A DNA stretch of 55,084 bases from a virus (taxonomy: Duplodnaviria; Caudoviricetes), in IMG/VR virus record IMGVR_UViG_3300037194_000008, positions 1-55,084 of that record; one strand, given 5' to 3'. Shown in pieces: positions 11,401 through 18,319 of this stretch. The notes beneath the pieces are model-generated. The model saw nothing but the letters and a program-made list of their open reading frames with translations. It was not told the DNA's origin and did not search any database. The position numbers and the translations under genes are program-made. Each line of letters starts with the position of its first letter. Position 1 is the stretch's first letter.

Positions 11401-14400
11401 GCGACGGATGTTGGTGGAGCGCACCGAGTCGGTGGCATCGGACTCAGCCTGGAACTTCATCGAGTCGCGCAGGTACTCCGCCGACTGGCGCAGCATGGCC
11501 AGGCTCTCGCGCAGATCTGCGTCGGCACGGGCCGTGACCCAGCCGCCGGCCACGTCCGCCTCGAAGGCGGAGACGTCGTCGTTGAACGGGACCAGTGGAG
11601 CGCGGTTGCCCTGCTCGCCGATGATCCGGTTGTTGCGCACACCGGGTGCGCTGTTGAGCCAGACGAAGAACTCGTCGAGGTTCTTGATCGAGTCCATCTG
11701 GCGGACCACGAGCTCGAGCGTGCGCTGGCCGGGCTCCTGGCTGAGCTCGAACAGCAGTCTCTGGAAGCGGGACTGCAGTCGGTCGTACACCCGACCCGGG
11801 GTTCCGCCGCCGTCGTCCTCACGGACGTTGACCTGGGTGGCGTTCCACTTGGCCAGCGTCAGGTTCTTCCAGTAGTACATGAGCGCCTCGTCGGCGTTCT
11901 CGATCTCGAACATGTCGTAGAGCCAGTTGCTCACGTAGAGCTGGCCGTCGCGGTACTCGAACAGCGCGTTGGCCGCGGCATCCGGGATCGCCTCAAGCAG
12001 CTGCCGCCCGACCAGCGGGTTGTTCTGCAGCATCTCCTGGGCCAGGTCGGCGTTGGACCGGCGACCGCGCTTGCGGTTGCTGATGGTGCGGAAGCTCTCC
12101 ATCGCCTCACGCAGGAGGGTGAACGCCTCCTTGAAGTCACCCTGTGCACGCTGGCTCGGCTTCACCAGATCACCAGAGAGCGCGTCGGCCGGGTCCTTGG
12201 CGTCGGGGTTGAACACGATGGAGGCGTTGCCGACTGCCAGCAGCGCGTCCATCATCGAGCGGTAGGCCGTCACCTCCTGGCGTCCCACCTCCGACAGGGA
12301 GTACGGCAGGTTGGTCGTCTCCTTGCGATCCAGGTAGGCGGGGTGGTTCGTGTAGAACCGCTTCATCTCTCGCCGGCCCTCGTCGTCCTGGGCGATGTAC
12401 GCCTGCAGCCACTGCTCGGGTGTGACGTGCGGACTCAGGTTGCCCAGGTTCAGGCCGACCGACTCCGCGAACGGAGCGGCCTTGAAGATCTCGATGAACG
12501 CGCGCTCGGCGTTGACGTCTCCGGGAAGCGTCATCGGGATGAGGCGGTTGTGTCGCGCCTGCATCGTCATGTCGTTGGCGAAGACCCGGGCCGCTTCGGT
12601 CCGCTCCGCCTCCAGCGCCCGCTTCAGCAGGAGCTGGGCCAGGCTGATCGTCTGGCCGTCCGTCTGCGGGGTGCCGTCAGCGCCCCACCACACGTCCTTG
12701 ACCTTGACGTTGGCCAGCACGCTCATCGCCGTGGACCCGTCGATCTTGCGACGGATGTCCGGGTCCTTCATCGCGTCCTTGGCCAGTCGCTCCAGCATCG
12801 TCAGTGCACGGGCAGCGATCGAGTCGTTGGCCGTGACCCGCTGCAGCTCGGACTGGGTGACGCCGCGGCTGAGCTCCGCGTAGAACTCGGCCATGTCGTA
12901 CAGGTCGACGAGCTCGGTCCCGTCGGCACTGAGCACGCTGCTGTTGAAGAACGTGTAGTGGATCGACTGGAACTTGCGGAACAGGCTGTTGCCCGGCACG
13001 AAGAGCGCCAGGGTCTGGGCCTCGGTGCTCGCAGCGGTCTTGAGGATCTGGGTACCGCGCGGGGTCTCCTCGCCGGAGACCTCGGTCTCGGTCGGACCGC
13101 CCGCAGCCAGTGGCGTGCGCAGCCGCCAGAAGGAACGCTGGAACTCCTGGAAGTTGTAGCGCACCACCTTGCTGATCCAGAGCCACTCGTTCGTCAGCTG
13201 ATCCCGGCCGAGCCGGTCGATCTGCTCGCCAGCGGTCTTGGCCAGCGCGTTGATCAGCTCGACACGGGCCTCTTCCTTGCCAGCCCGGACGCTCGTCTCG
13301 AACTGCCGGAAGATGGAGTTGAGCTGGGCCGGGCTCATGAACTGGCCGTACCGACCGATCAGGGCCAGCCGGATCTCGCGCAGCGCGCCGGCGGCCTCCA
13401 GCTCCAGCCAGGCGTTGCCGCCGTTCAGGCTGTCGCCGAGCGCCTCGGTCAGCGCCTTGTCGAAGTTGCGGGTGGCGATGTCGATGTTCTGGCCGACACC
13501 ACCGAAGTTGCTCCCGGCCCGGGACGTGGAGAACTGCTGGTCGTTCAGGATCAGCTGGTTCTCGGCCCGCAGCTTGTCACCATCGAAGTCGCCGTTGATG
13601 GACTGCAGGTAGTCCATGTTGACCTTGAGGAAGTTGTCGCTCCGGGTCCGGGTCAGCTCCCAGTCCGCCTGCGGCAGCAGGGAGTGGTAGGAGCCGGCAT
13701 CGAGCTTGGGCTCGCGGCTGTGCAGCAGGGAGACGAACTTGGCCGCGGCCATCTTCGCGTCGGCTGCACGCAGGCCGAGCTCGTTGAGTTGCTGCCCGTC
13801 GAAGTGGAAGCTCCGATCGAACATCTGCTCCAGGGTCACGTTGAACTCAGTCAGCCGCGCCTGGGCATCCTGTGCCGTGGTGGCCGGGTCGTAGATGAAG
13901 GCGACGTGCTCAGCCAGGAAGTCGAGCAGGCCCGGGGTCTGAGTCTCCTCGTTGCCGTTGATGACCAGGTTCACCATCTTGATCTGCGTCAGCAGCTCCT
14001 GGGTGTTGGCCAGCTCGCGTGCCACGTCCAGGTTCGACTGGTCCTGGTCCTGCAACTCAGCCTCGCGCCGGGTGAGGTACTGCTCTTGCAGGCCGATGCC
14101 CTTGGCCCGGTCCTCCAGGAGCTGGAGCACCTTGAGTGCCGAGCCCTCGACAGCCTCGGCACGCCCGACATCCTTCTGGTCGATGATGCCGCTGATCACC
14201 GTGTAGGAGTCGGTGCGCTCGGTGGCCTTGCGCAGTTCCTTCTCCACGATCCCGCGCCGGGCGTCCAGCGCCTTGGCCGCATCCGGCTCACTGGCGATCC
14301 GCTCAGCCGCCTGATCGCTGGCGATCCGCTTCAGCGCACCACGGGTGGTGTCGATGTCGGTCTTGTTCATCGCCGAGCGGCTGCGCTTCTCCGTCTCGGT

Positions 14401-16209
14401 CAGCCCATCCCAATCCGCCTTGGACAGGTGGGTGCCGTACCTGGCGAAGTGCATGATCTGGGCTCGGCTGTAGAGCCGCTCATCCTGAGTCGGTGCACCA
14501 CGGGTGGCGCCGGCGGTCATGCCGACACCACTGGCCGCGCCGAGCAGGAAGGAGTTGGCGACCTCGCTGAAGCTGAGCTCACCGTCCATCGAGATGGGCT
14601 CGAGGAGGGACTGCACCGCTTCCTCGTAACCTTCGCCGAAGCCGTTGAGCACCGCGGCCTTGAGCCGCTTGTCACCGGAGGCCATCCTCATGGCGGCCTG
14701 GTAGAAGTCGTCCGTCGTGACGGCCCGACCCTCCTTCAGCGCGTTGACCCGGGCTGCTCGTGTGGCACTGGCCCAAGCCACCTGCTCACTCGGAGCCAGG
14801 ATGGCCATCGTCTTCTTGGCCTTGCCCTCGACTGCCCGGCCCAGGTCGTCCACCACGAACCGATGGCCCGCAGCTTCGGCGATCTGCTCGCCCTCGTCCA
14901 GCGCAGTCCGGTTGGCCCGGGTGGCACGCGCGATGCCCGACAGCCCGCCGAGCTGCACCGCATCCACGCCGATGTTCAGGATGCCGGCCGCACCGGACAC
15001 GGGATCGAACTTGCCCTCGTCGTCCAGGAACAGGGGATCGTACGTTCCGCTTCTCGGGTTGAACGCCTCGCCGCCATTGGTCAGCAGCTCACCGACGTCA
15101 CCGCCGATGCTCAACCCCATCTCGGTGGCGTAGAGCGCCCGAGCCCGTCCGGACCCGAACTGCAGGACGCCGTCGATGACCGCCGCACCCAGGTTCAGGC
15201 CCTGCCAGAACGCACCGGGCTTGGCAGTGCCGTCCTTGTTGAGCTCGTAGAACTCAGCGGTGTCGTCCCCGATGTCACCTTCCTTGGCGTCGTACGCACC
15301 CTTGGCCAGGTTCTGGAACGGGGACCCAGCCTGCATGGCCAGCTTCCCGGCCTGCCCGATGCCGGTGAACGTCGCGCTGAGCTTGTTGTTCTCTTCGGCG
15401 TTCTGCTTGGTGATCTCGACAGCACGCGCGGCCTTGTTCTCCAGATCGTCCTGGTTCACCAGGAAGCCGACGCCACCGGCCACCGCACCGATGGCCGTAC
15501 CCCACGGCCCGAACCCGGAGCCCATCAGGGCACCCGATCCAGCCGCGGCAACTGTGCCGACTACCTCGGACCAGAGCCCCTCGTCCAGAGAGTCCTGCGT
15601 CTTCTCCACATCCTGCGCGAAGTCCTTCGCCGTCAGGGCCTTGGGGATCTCGACGTTGTTCTCATCGCGCCGGCTGGCCACCGCGTTCTTGATGGCAGTC
15701 TGCCGGTCGCTGTCCTGGAAGAGCCTGCCCTGCTCCTTGCCGTCGAACAGCAGCGGGACCATGCGCAGGTCCGCGGTCTCCCGGTCGTACAGGTCATAGA
15801 CGTTGCCGACCTTGGTGCCGTTGTCGTAGATGTCACCGAACTTGAAGGTGTTGCCGTTGCTACCTTCGTGATCCCAGGTGACGACACCTGTCGCCTTGTC
15901 GCTCTCGAAGTACGTGTTGAGAGTGCCGTCCTTCGCCGCCTTGTTCTGGCCGGCAATGAACCGCTCCATGAAGTCGGTGTCCCAGCCGTTGTTCACGCCC
16001 TCGGAATTCGCACCCGTGAACCATCGTGCCGCCGTCCCGACGTATCCCCCGCCATCGCGGGCGGGCTCGTTGGCCCATCGTCCGAGTGTGCTCTGTGATT
16101 CGGCTGGCTGAGCGGGATCGTATCGACCGCCTGCTTCAGCTACTTGCCGCTGCCCTTCGGGGGCAGATACATCCTTGGCCTGATCGCCCCAACGCTGGAG
16201 AGCTCCCAC
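2407..16209 (-). CDS. Giant virion/ejection protein with a putative double-psi-beta-barrel RNA polymerase catalytic domain
   Basis: Uninterrupted 4600-aa ORF, GTG start after GAAAGG; LLHSREPKL (R832) and NGDFDGD (aa 872-878); Gly/Ala-rich hydrophobic segments in the first ~600 aa like internal virion proteins. The ORF itself is secure; RNAP function is inferred. Confidence 0.8.
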   Translation of the reverse strand: MGALQRWGDQAKDVSAPEGQRQVAEAGGRYDPAQPAESQSTLGRWANEPARDGGGYVGTAARWFTGANSEGVNNGWDTDFMERFIAGQNKAAKDGTLNTYFESDKATGVVTWDHEGSNGNTFKFGDIYDNGTKVGNVYDLYDRETADLRMVPLLFDGKEQGRLFQDSDRQTAIKNAVASRRDENNVEIPKALTAKDFAQDVEKTQDSLDEGLWSEVVGTVAAAGSGALMGSGFGPWGTAIGAVAGGVGFLVNQDDLENKAARAVEITKQNAEENNKLSATFTGIGQAGKLAMQAGSPFQNLAKGAYDAKEGDIGDDTAEFYELNKDGTAKPGAFWQGLNLGAAVIDGVLQFGSGRARALYATEMGLSIGGDVGELLTNGGEAFNPRSGTYDPLFLDDEGKFDPVSGAAGILNIGVDAVQLGGLSGIARATRANRTALDEGEQIAEAAGHRFVVDDLGRAVEGKAKKTMAILAPSEQVAWASATRAARVNALKEGRAVTTDDFYQAAMRMASGDKRLKAAVLNGFGEGYEEAVQSLLEPISMDGELSFSEVANSFLLGAASGVGMTAGATRGAPTQDERLYSRAQIMHFARYGTHLSKADWDGLTETEKRSRSAMNKTDIDTTRGALKRIASDQAAERIASEPDAAKALDARRGIVEKELRKATERTDSYTVISGIIDQKDVGRAEAVEGSALKVLQLLEDRAKGIGLQEQYLTRREAELQDQDQSNLDVARELANTQELLTQIKMVNLVINGNEETQTPGLLDFLAEHVAFIYDPATTAQDAQARLTEFNVTLEQMFDRSFHFDGQQLNELGLRAADAKMAAAKFVSLLHSREPKLDAGSYHSLLPQADWELTRTRSDNFLKVNMDYLQSINGDFDGDKLRAENQLILNDQQFSTSRAGSNFGGVGQNIDIATRNFDKALTEALGDSLNGGNAWLELEAAGALREIRLALIGRYGQFMSPAQLNSIFRQFETSVRAGKEEARVELINALAKTAGEQIDRLGRDQLTNEWLWISKVVRYNFQEFQRSFWRLRTPLAAGGPTETEVSGEETPRGTQILKTAASTEAQTLALFVPGNSLFRKFQSIHYTFFNSSVLSADGTELVDLYDMAEFYAELSRGVTQSELQRVTANDSIAARALTMLERLAKDAMKDPDIRRKIDGSTAMSVLANVKVKDVWWGADGTPQTDGQTISLAQLLLKRALEAERTEAARVFANDMTMQARHNRLIPMTLPGDVNAERAFIEIFKAAPFAESVGLNLGNLSPHVTPEQWLQAYIAQDDEGRREMKRFYTNHPAYLDRKETTNLPYSLSEVGRQEVTAYRSMMDALLAVGNASIVFNPDAKDPADALSGDLVKPSQRAQGDFKEAFTLLREAMESFRTISNRKRGRRSNADLAQEMLQNNPLVGRQLLEAIPDAAANALFEYRDGQLYVSNWLYDMFEIENADEALMYYWKNLTLAKWNATQVNVREDDGGGTPGRVYDRLQSRFQRLLFELSQEPGQRTLELVVRQMDSIKNLDEFFVWLNSAPGVRNNRIIGEQGNRAPLVPFNDDVSAFEADVAGGWVTARADADLRESLAMLRQSAEYLRDSMKFQAESDATDSVRSTNIRRALLNNPDDPPTSEDLEDLRKFRRAMSMAINIPRGFSPRAMLALTRGVVTGFDAHSTDKGQTPTSYEAYGELQMLMDAFGFLPNFEQLQESLTSHSLSSLSTDIGNLIRTSGQSMDAYGRPIEWEGFDPNQDSSLLEMLDMLDDWESKPLALALMTPKAMDVTAAGKLQERLMFESSLSTLLDNTEYERFYQYDDADEMSLSRDMNYLMALDARANQAGGSFSAMRLANDLAITMTSALDHPATIEDSKRLSAQAYRAVAKIMRLVGEVQSNVDTRSAGLLSQLKDYAVEQMQRFTLDRKLPEFRGLDKAVVQEWIQGLLAQLAAEQATIIDGYSSLYSGDELDRRIEALDEQYALNAELIQGMLDNNQALQLVQRFHLTGDEQVDAAARANIIEYVSSMTSFPTRAPEAADAWAVLQQQRKAGRIDLKPEQWDVLSRGAMGVQLADKAIGVASHISTPPFPKGDPLESSHQFFKYLDTSFSYLAEDLLSDTSPLAEAAVWMHGMARQPSPPVVLDDAVRVLNTTLLRPEQYGSWTPGLMSQLVATQERMDSSAAPGGIAANGNGPKRWAIPAFATRRTFKTEGLDQLLTTATLSWADIKEDASQFNDIIVTPAGSPTPRPMPVAQLNNRFVHKLRINGEEVPLYVGNLGFELESGPNVDLAYITVSRLRAAVERRAARLGVPVESLQIELDFLHPDSQPEGEGWYHNVYFEGMNHDLLPDTAESLIASIWMDNGGLVAEGTQALLDAGKSGKPAKSRFKHPNPVRLAEAHAAWITERDFAKMLRIKTELWMTTDQGNGGIDPAAYNAIYKMLKLQHIVVGTVNGERVAFTAEEVIAFQLEHPDDPLSVERNGEFVPVENVELRTLSMDVLRSMLGDTGNQGVQRFFQDELLINPDLVPAFTGITDTMLGMFGDGWFSQPGRIQNTPLSHVGHQRVLGIGTAMTDKERSARDERIRVLEEQRARVHSARVEARHRDDFRQSYARVLDLAGVAVDAERLDVSFGAIPGVIAPRNMEAVRHTQRILQALHQTVTPGNDYRRGWQVVDEAASNFAGGMITVEALSGGKRAKYDNVVKDDVALVQLDTFQKPERDPDAVQERVEKSLRYLIDSGATIILGSNNGAADLRAESARYLLARGYIALKGSKHVYVPSETSGLTQNERAYESTFLETQRISPVKNIVTALAIDPIGTDENAAIRNANSVKLRDRKAVTDILPSRMYNGFDILLDDGRRDGLHARAHAHLLSMLDPANAEARAALLKMAGPDLPRVKSIEQSLNDFHSKISRRNSLRPETGDVIERGDIIPFVHSDGRIILYRHGLKAPRIADLPDLLSENNGMNIALGQSKAEPLSTDHSGVIHDVRNEAGFGRRLEIHTELQEYGDKIQLEWNGMKYVVVPMPELLQDYSWDVFSNGTMVDLISDVLSADSKEAFSGRINNYRNALAFFEFNFLDDMVEFFYPGISKGSKEWPGAVTVTNTLLHKLARQDDVRIPYSTARSIARANVEIGDLLGQFAAAQASAGGPKPAWARNLQVADTANAQIARAVITYLLTPQANPENILRSAGFAGPNALNEDGTTRLVPGLFADLLDGPADGPLHTELIRRFDAQLQKNPDGSGMRLHNNWQVEVFKPGGADPIRVYLQFGEAHSSGDNPLLDGQAYDFNEAGAVSAHNALAAAMSTGALTVHKRLDKSRAFAKSFERGTIVEKFSDDGANAWEMLTRLPAKDASQTGWRQETQAESARRMYAREEISGLFKRLNRKGWTKEQKRDYRSIMSQVMGELNLFGNQNQMFDTWVRMMLGKPWGMDDKIGELGIISGARAVEIAQEIRINIRNNDYPTAGGRIPLMDNNHVSAIYMANAHRSGGWAPRTEKSNDASADPKAASWDAWIETAFGTAWGEDRNPRFDPVYLLAVDGLMHGYQGATSNLRALPVSSDLLKQNLLMDPETNRMLISISADVNLLTTELDLFGSSKAQLEDIVIGSRIYSSIRGENDPNSAQGWQDRQLANWRAEGDAPVPGQRQMRGVRAPGQTFIGHSTKTTALFRSLLNLRVGNAMFNAALVISAPIQAFVMRTLNMFANVAVGESTGRVGQAQMKLAERFSDTSIAAIANELGFTLTYESTEQLKQVNDLVNALSSRSEFRAMVYKELMYQYPSMPGIGKIEKWLERYAKWGARLQDPSWGMMPRDLARIYMETVMRKIAADPIGENIYSIDMLIAQMQRNPEWIYQQDREAHNMAIASIAQTRNLKPSILSLAVRGVIEPLSENDSPMWNATGNLMKMLAAFQNFWANYSISITGMQGPADFAAALFDGREKKIVKRMQSALRGEPYDPENKEYYDMSEVLEGLDLADSFIRGGITHTMLFQFGLIAGGLGLSGEDEEEKYRRRAAELQGAGFVHDPRKLQNDFANRDAIFLDWLPFGLDSYFKVPDGEGGTRAVGQMNWILRTFLSPVIGFERFYETGNFMEVYHGFKDAIGSHPLVNAQLWEAWSDTVAELHNQAVSEAEKGTPESMAASAHLLTTAVGILDRMLMENAMVNMIYVGTDQYDRNPWVQPKTSGIRGEMATDAEGNLVPTDNLKEFTGEDGETQVGYVSRNPADAQVRSLTETRFGLALIGSLFTAVSGGGFTGSDMFRQNMVPKIRQFELTPKSDAEIEETLLASFVGLGGAPSLTEEEAVNVLKQQARDAGVRYNLRDVEAAAKQYAESQGLGAMSIINDKGREVPTDEGARATISALAKGEIQLDDAALNGYFLTFEMREALQEKWMKQLVEEGIEMGLTKSMANSRMKRLWFGPLDDPEQKGLYDFVWSKEIPFSDTLEYTQLNTTYMMGPDGWPRATGFTRDGIMGALGIKMLNRPYQEADTGLELDERMNVVDGPAGINTGMRAIKRRGENWELPLPEEEIRAAAERVADAIGELDLGSDNGERFASGGYGYGGGGYGGYSGGGGGGGRGGYGPHISPIRFNGFQFQRATFADGIPFINTSNPIIRRASIRRERISSERGRLKQWQ

Positions 16210-16330
16210 AGCACGACACCTTTCGTCTTGGCTTGGGCACTCCTTGCATGCCCTGACCTGCTGAAGGAATCATGGCACAGAGTCAGCGAATTCTCACGAG
16301 CGCGTGGAAACTTTTGCCGCGAGTCGTGTC

Positions 16331-16391
16331 AGCTGAAAAACTTCCCGGCAGATCGGCTCCGAGCTGAGAACTTTCCCGGAGATCGCTTCGG
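16331..16391. repeat. Imperfect tandem duplication, 2 x ~30 bp
   Basis: agctgaaaaacttcccggcagatcggctccg / agctgagaactttcccggagatcgcttcgg in the divergent intergenic region. Confidence 0.7.
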
Positions 16392-16422
16392 TTGTGGAAA
16401 GTGCGGAAATCTTTGCGTGAGG

Positions 16423-16575
16423 TTCCAATAGATACAACATAAACAAACAACACATTAGATACCCCCTATACATGTATATGTATGGATATTGGTATCTGGA
16501 TGATTACTAAGTTGAATCACCAGAGTTGGTTGTTTCTATTGTGGCAATTTTTGGAATAACTAACTACTAACCTAG
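16423..16575. promoter_or_regulatory. AT-rich island with nested inverted repeats (candidate origin, divergent promoter region or packaging site)
   Basis: Most AT-rich stretch seen; aatagatacaac (16427-38)/gttgtttctatt (16529-40), agatacc/ggtatct, perfect palindrome tatacatgtata (16467-78). Confidence 0.55.
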
Positions 16576-16584
16576 GAGTAGTCC

Positions 16585-16800
16585 ATGTCAGATCTCGCAA
16601 CCGCAATCGTTGGGCAGATCGTCGACGGTATGAACCCGCAGAACCAGATGGTCACTTCGTTCCTCGGAACCCAGTCACTCACTGCTCAGGCTCAAGCCGT
16701 CAGCACCATCGGTCCCCTTCGCCAGAAGGCTGAAGACGACTCGGCTCCACAGTCCGTCAAGGATGCATACGATCGCATCCTCAACAAGCTCGGCAAGTAA
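16585..16800 (+). CDS. Hypothetical protein, first gene of the + arm
   Basis: 71 aa, AGGAG RBS, followed by a terminator. Confidence 0.8.
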   Translation: MSDLATAIVGQIVDGMNPQNQMVTSFLGTQSLTAQAQAVSTIGPLRQKAEDDSAPQSVKDAYDRILNKLGK

Positions 16801-16805
16801 GAGCA

Positions 16806-16838
16806 AGCCTCACCTTCACAGGTGGGGCTCTCTCTTTT
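16806..16838 (+). terminator. Intrinsic terminator
   Basis: agcctcacct-tcac-aggtggggct hairpin then ctctctttt. Confidence 0.75.
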
Positions 16839-17037
16839 ACATCAGCTCTTTTTTCAGTCTCACACATCGTTGACAAGTCGACTCATCAGAACGATGAACA
16901 CTCTCATCTAGTCGCGTGACGTTTGCGCTCAGGCTACTGAGCGGCCGGCCGTCACTAGATGAGTACGGTGTGTGGACTGTTGTTTGAGCTGATGATTGGA
17001 ACTCTCACAATCGTGGCTCTCGCCACTAATTTCGCCG

Positions 17038-17239
17038 ATGCAGTCACCCTCAAGGTGACTACACATTCTTCCCATCGTTCCAGTCTTTTTCCCTGGTGTA
17101 GTCATGCAGTCACCCTAAAGTCGGTAACCCCTGTGAACTCACACTCTTTTTACAAGGTGACTGCTGACTACATTCCTAATTTCCCCTGCAATTGCAGAGG
17201 GAAACCGCAGTCACCCAGGGGGTGACTGCATGACTGCAT
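17038..17239. repeat. Palindromic cassette, copy A (nested TG(C/T)AGTCA(CCC) inverted repeats)
   Basis: Three inverted-repeat units; collinear with 39695-39906. Confidence 0.9.
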
Positions 17240-17875
17240 CTAGACACGAGCTCCCACTCGTGCTAGTCGATGCTCCTCGTTGTATATGGAGACAGCTTGA
17301 ACTCTCTGATCAGGGCGACGGCTGATGCCGTCTCTCGTCCGCTGACGACGCGCACATGCTTGTGCGCTCACACTGCTGTGTGCTCCAAAGAAGAAGGCTA
17401 TTTGGAGAAGGGAAAGGGGGAAAGAGAAAGAGAGCAAAGCTCTCAAGGTAAGTAGCTATCTCATCTAGAACTTCAGCAGTTGCAGCGCCTCACACGCTCC
17501 TGCTCACCACCACCGGTTGCGCACCTCTATCGAGTGCTGCGGTCTGCCGGTGGTCAATCTTCACAGCTCCCGAGACCAGTGCTGCAGCGAGGTCAACGGC
17601 GTGATCGGTCGCGTGAGTAACCGAGCAGGGCACCGTGTTCGCTGATGACAACACACGGATCGTTGGCCGTCCGAATAAGACGAGCAAATGCTGGAGCAGG
17701 GAGGTGCCGGTTACCGCACACTCCCTGCTCTGGCTACCGATCTTCACGATGGGAGGTGATCCGTCATGTCCCGCCGGCCAAAGACCGGCAACCAAACGAC
17801 TCAGTCGTTTCAATCCCAGCCAGGCTAGAAGGCGTTGTATAGACCTTCCTGGCTGGGACTGTGACAACTGAATAC
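17240..17875 (+). ncRNA. Candidate highly structured non-coding RNA or long leader
   Basis: No credible ORF; stems at 17240-66, 17509-54, 17694-730 (10 bp perfect), 17794-810, 17814-58 (11 bp perfect); strand inferred from context. Confidence 0.4.
17864..17874 (+). promoter_or_regulatory. ACAACTGAATA motif, copy 1 (boxA-like)
   Basis: Identical 11-mer at 19502-19512; both intergenic, after a stem-loop and before a GAAGGGA RBS. Confidence 0.5.
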
Positions 17876-17906
17876 CGCTCACACACCTACCTAGAAGGGA
17901 ACGCTG

Positions 17907-18008
17907 ATGCGTTACAACGAGCTGTACGACCTGGCACTGGACATCACCGCTGATCCGCGTGACGCACAGCTGCTGTTCGACACGATGGCAACGAACGAGG
18001 ACTGGTGA
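17907..18008 (+). CDS. Small hypothetical protein (33 aa)
   Basis: GAAGGGA RBS, MRYNELYDLALDITADPRDAQLLFDTMATNEDW, abuts next start. Confidence 0.65.
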   Translation: MRYNELYDLALDITADPRDAQLLFDTMATNEDW

Positions 18009-18009
18009 C

Positions 18010-18318
18010 ATGATCACCGTGGCCGAGGCGTGGCACATCTTCATCGGTGGAATGCTGGGTGGCTTCGTGCTCGGAGCTCTGCTCAGCATCGCCGTCTACC
18101 ACGGTGCGCTGGCCAAGGCCGAGCGCGCCTACGACGCAGTCGTTGACAAGTACAACGAGCTCGTCAAGACCATCGCCACACCTGCTGCATTGCTCTTCAA
18201 GTGCAACAGTTGTGACTTCATCACAGCTGAGCGTCGTGTAATCCACGACCATGCTGCAGTTCTCGGCCACCATGGGTGGTCACGAATGAAGCCAACTTCA
18301 ACCATCCAGGGAGGATGA
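18010..18318 (+). CDS. Membrane protein with C-terminal C2H2-like zinc finger
   Basis: ATG 18010; hydrophobic IFIGGMLGGFVLGALLSIAVY, short coiled coil, C-x2-C-x12-H-x5-H. Confidence 0.7.
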   Translation: MITVAEAWHIFIGGMLGGFVLGALLSIAVYHGALAKAERAYDAVVDKYNELVKTIATPAALLFKCNSCDFITAERRVIHDHAAVLGHHGWSRMKPTSTIQGG

Positions 18319-18319
18319 C

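Noticed and set aside
5317-16098. Very long + strand ORFs (5317..8559, 10897..16098) and similar antisense ORFs elsewhere (e.g. 35285..36844, 40101..42329)
   Set aside because: They lie antisense to well-supported genes in a high-GC genome, with V/L/R/G/H-rich composition and no motifs; these are shadow ORFs.
16870-16875. Perfect TTGACA hexamers at 16870 and 39639 (+ strand) as promoters
   Set aside because: No TAnnnT -10 element at 16-18 nt spacing.
17038-17239. Repeat cassettes as a CRISPR array or IS/MITE
   Set aside because: Units alternate in orientation with irregular spacers; no cas operon, transposase or target-site duplication is seen. The Cas4-like gene is a common stand-alone phage nuclease.
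17642-17680. Hammerhead ribozyme core (CTGATGA at 17642 and 16989)
   Set aside because: No matching GAAA core with the required flanking stems could be built.
16959-17871. Short ORFs across the structured early region (16959..17225, 17270..17455, 17635..17871) and the 39580-39744 extension
   Set aside because: No good RBS, atypical codon use, and they overlap repeat or hairpin elements.
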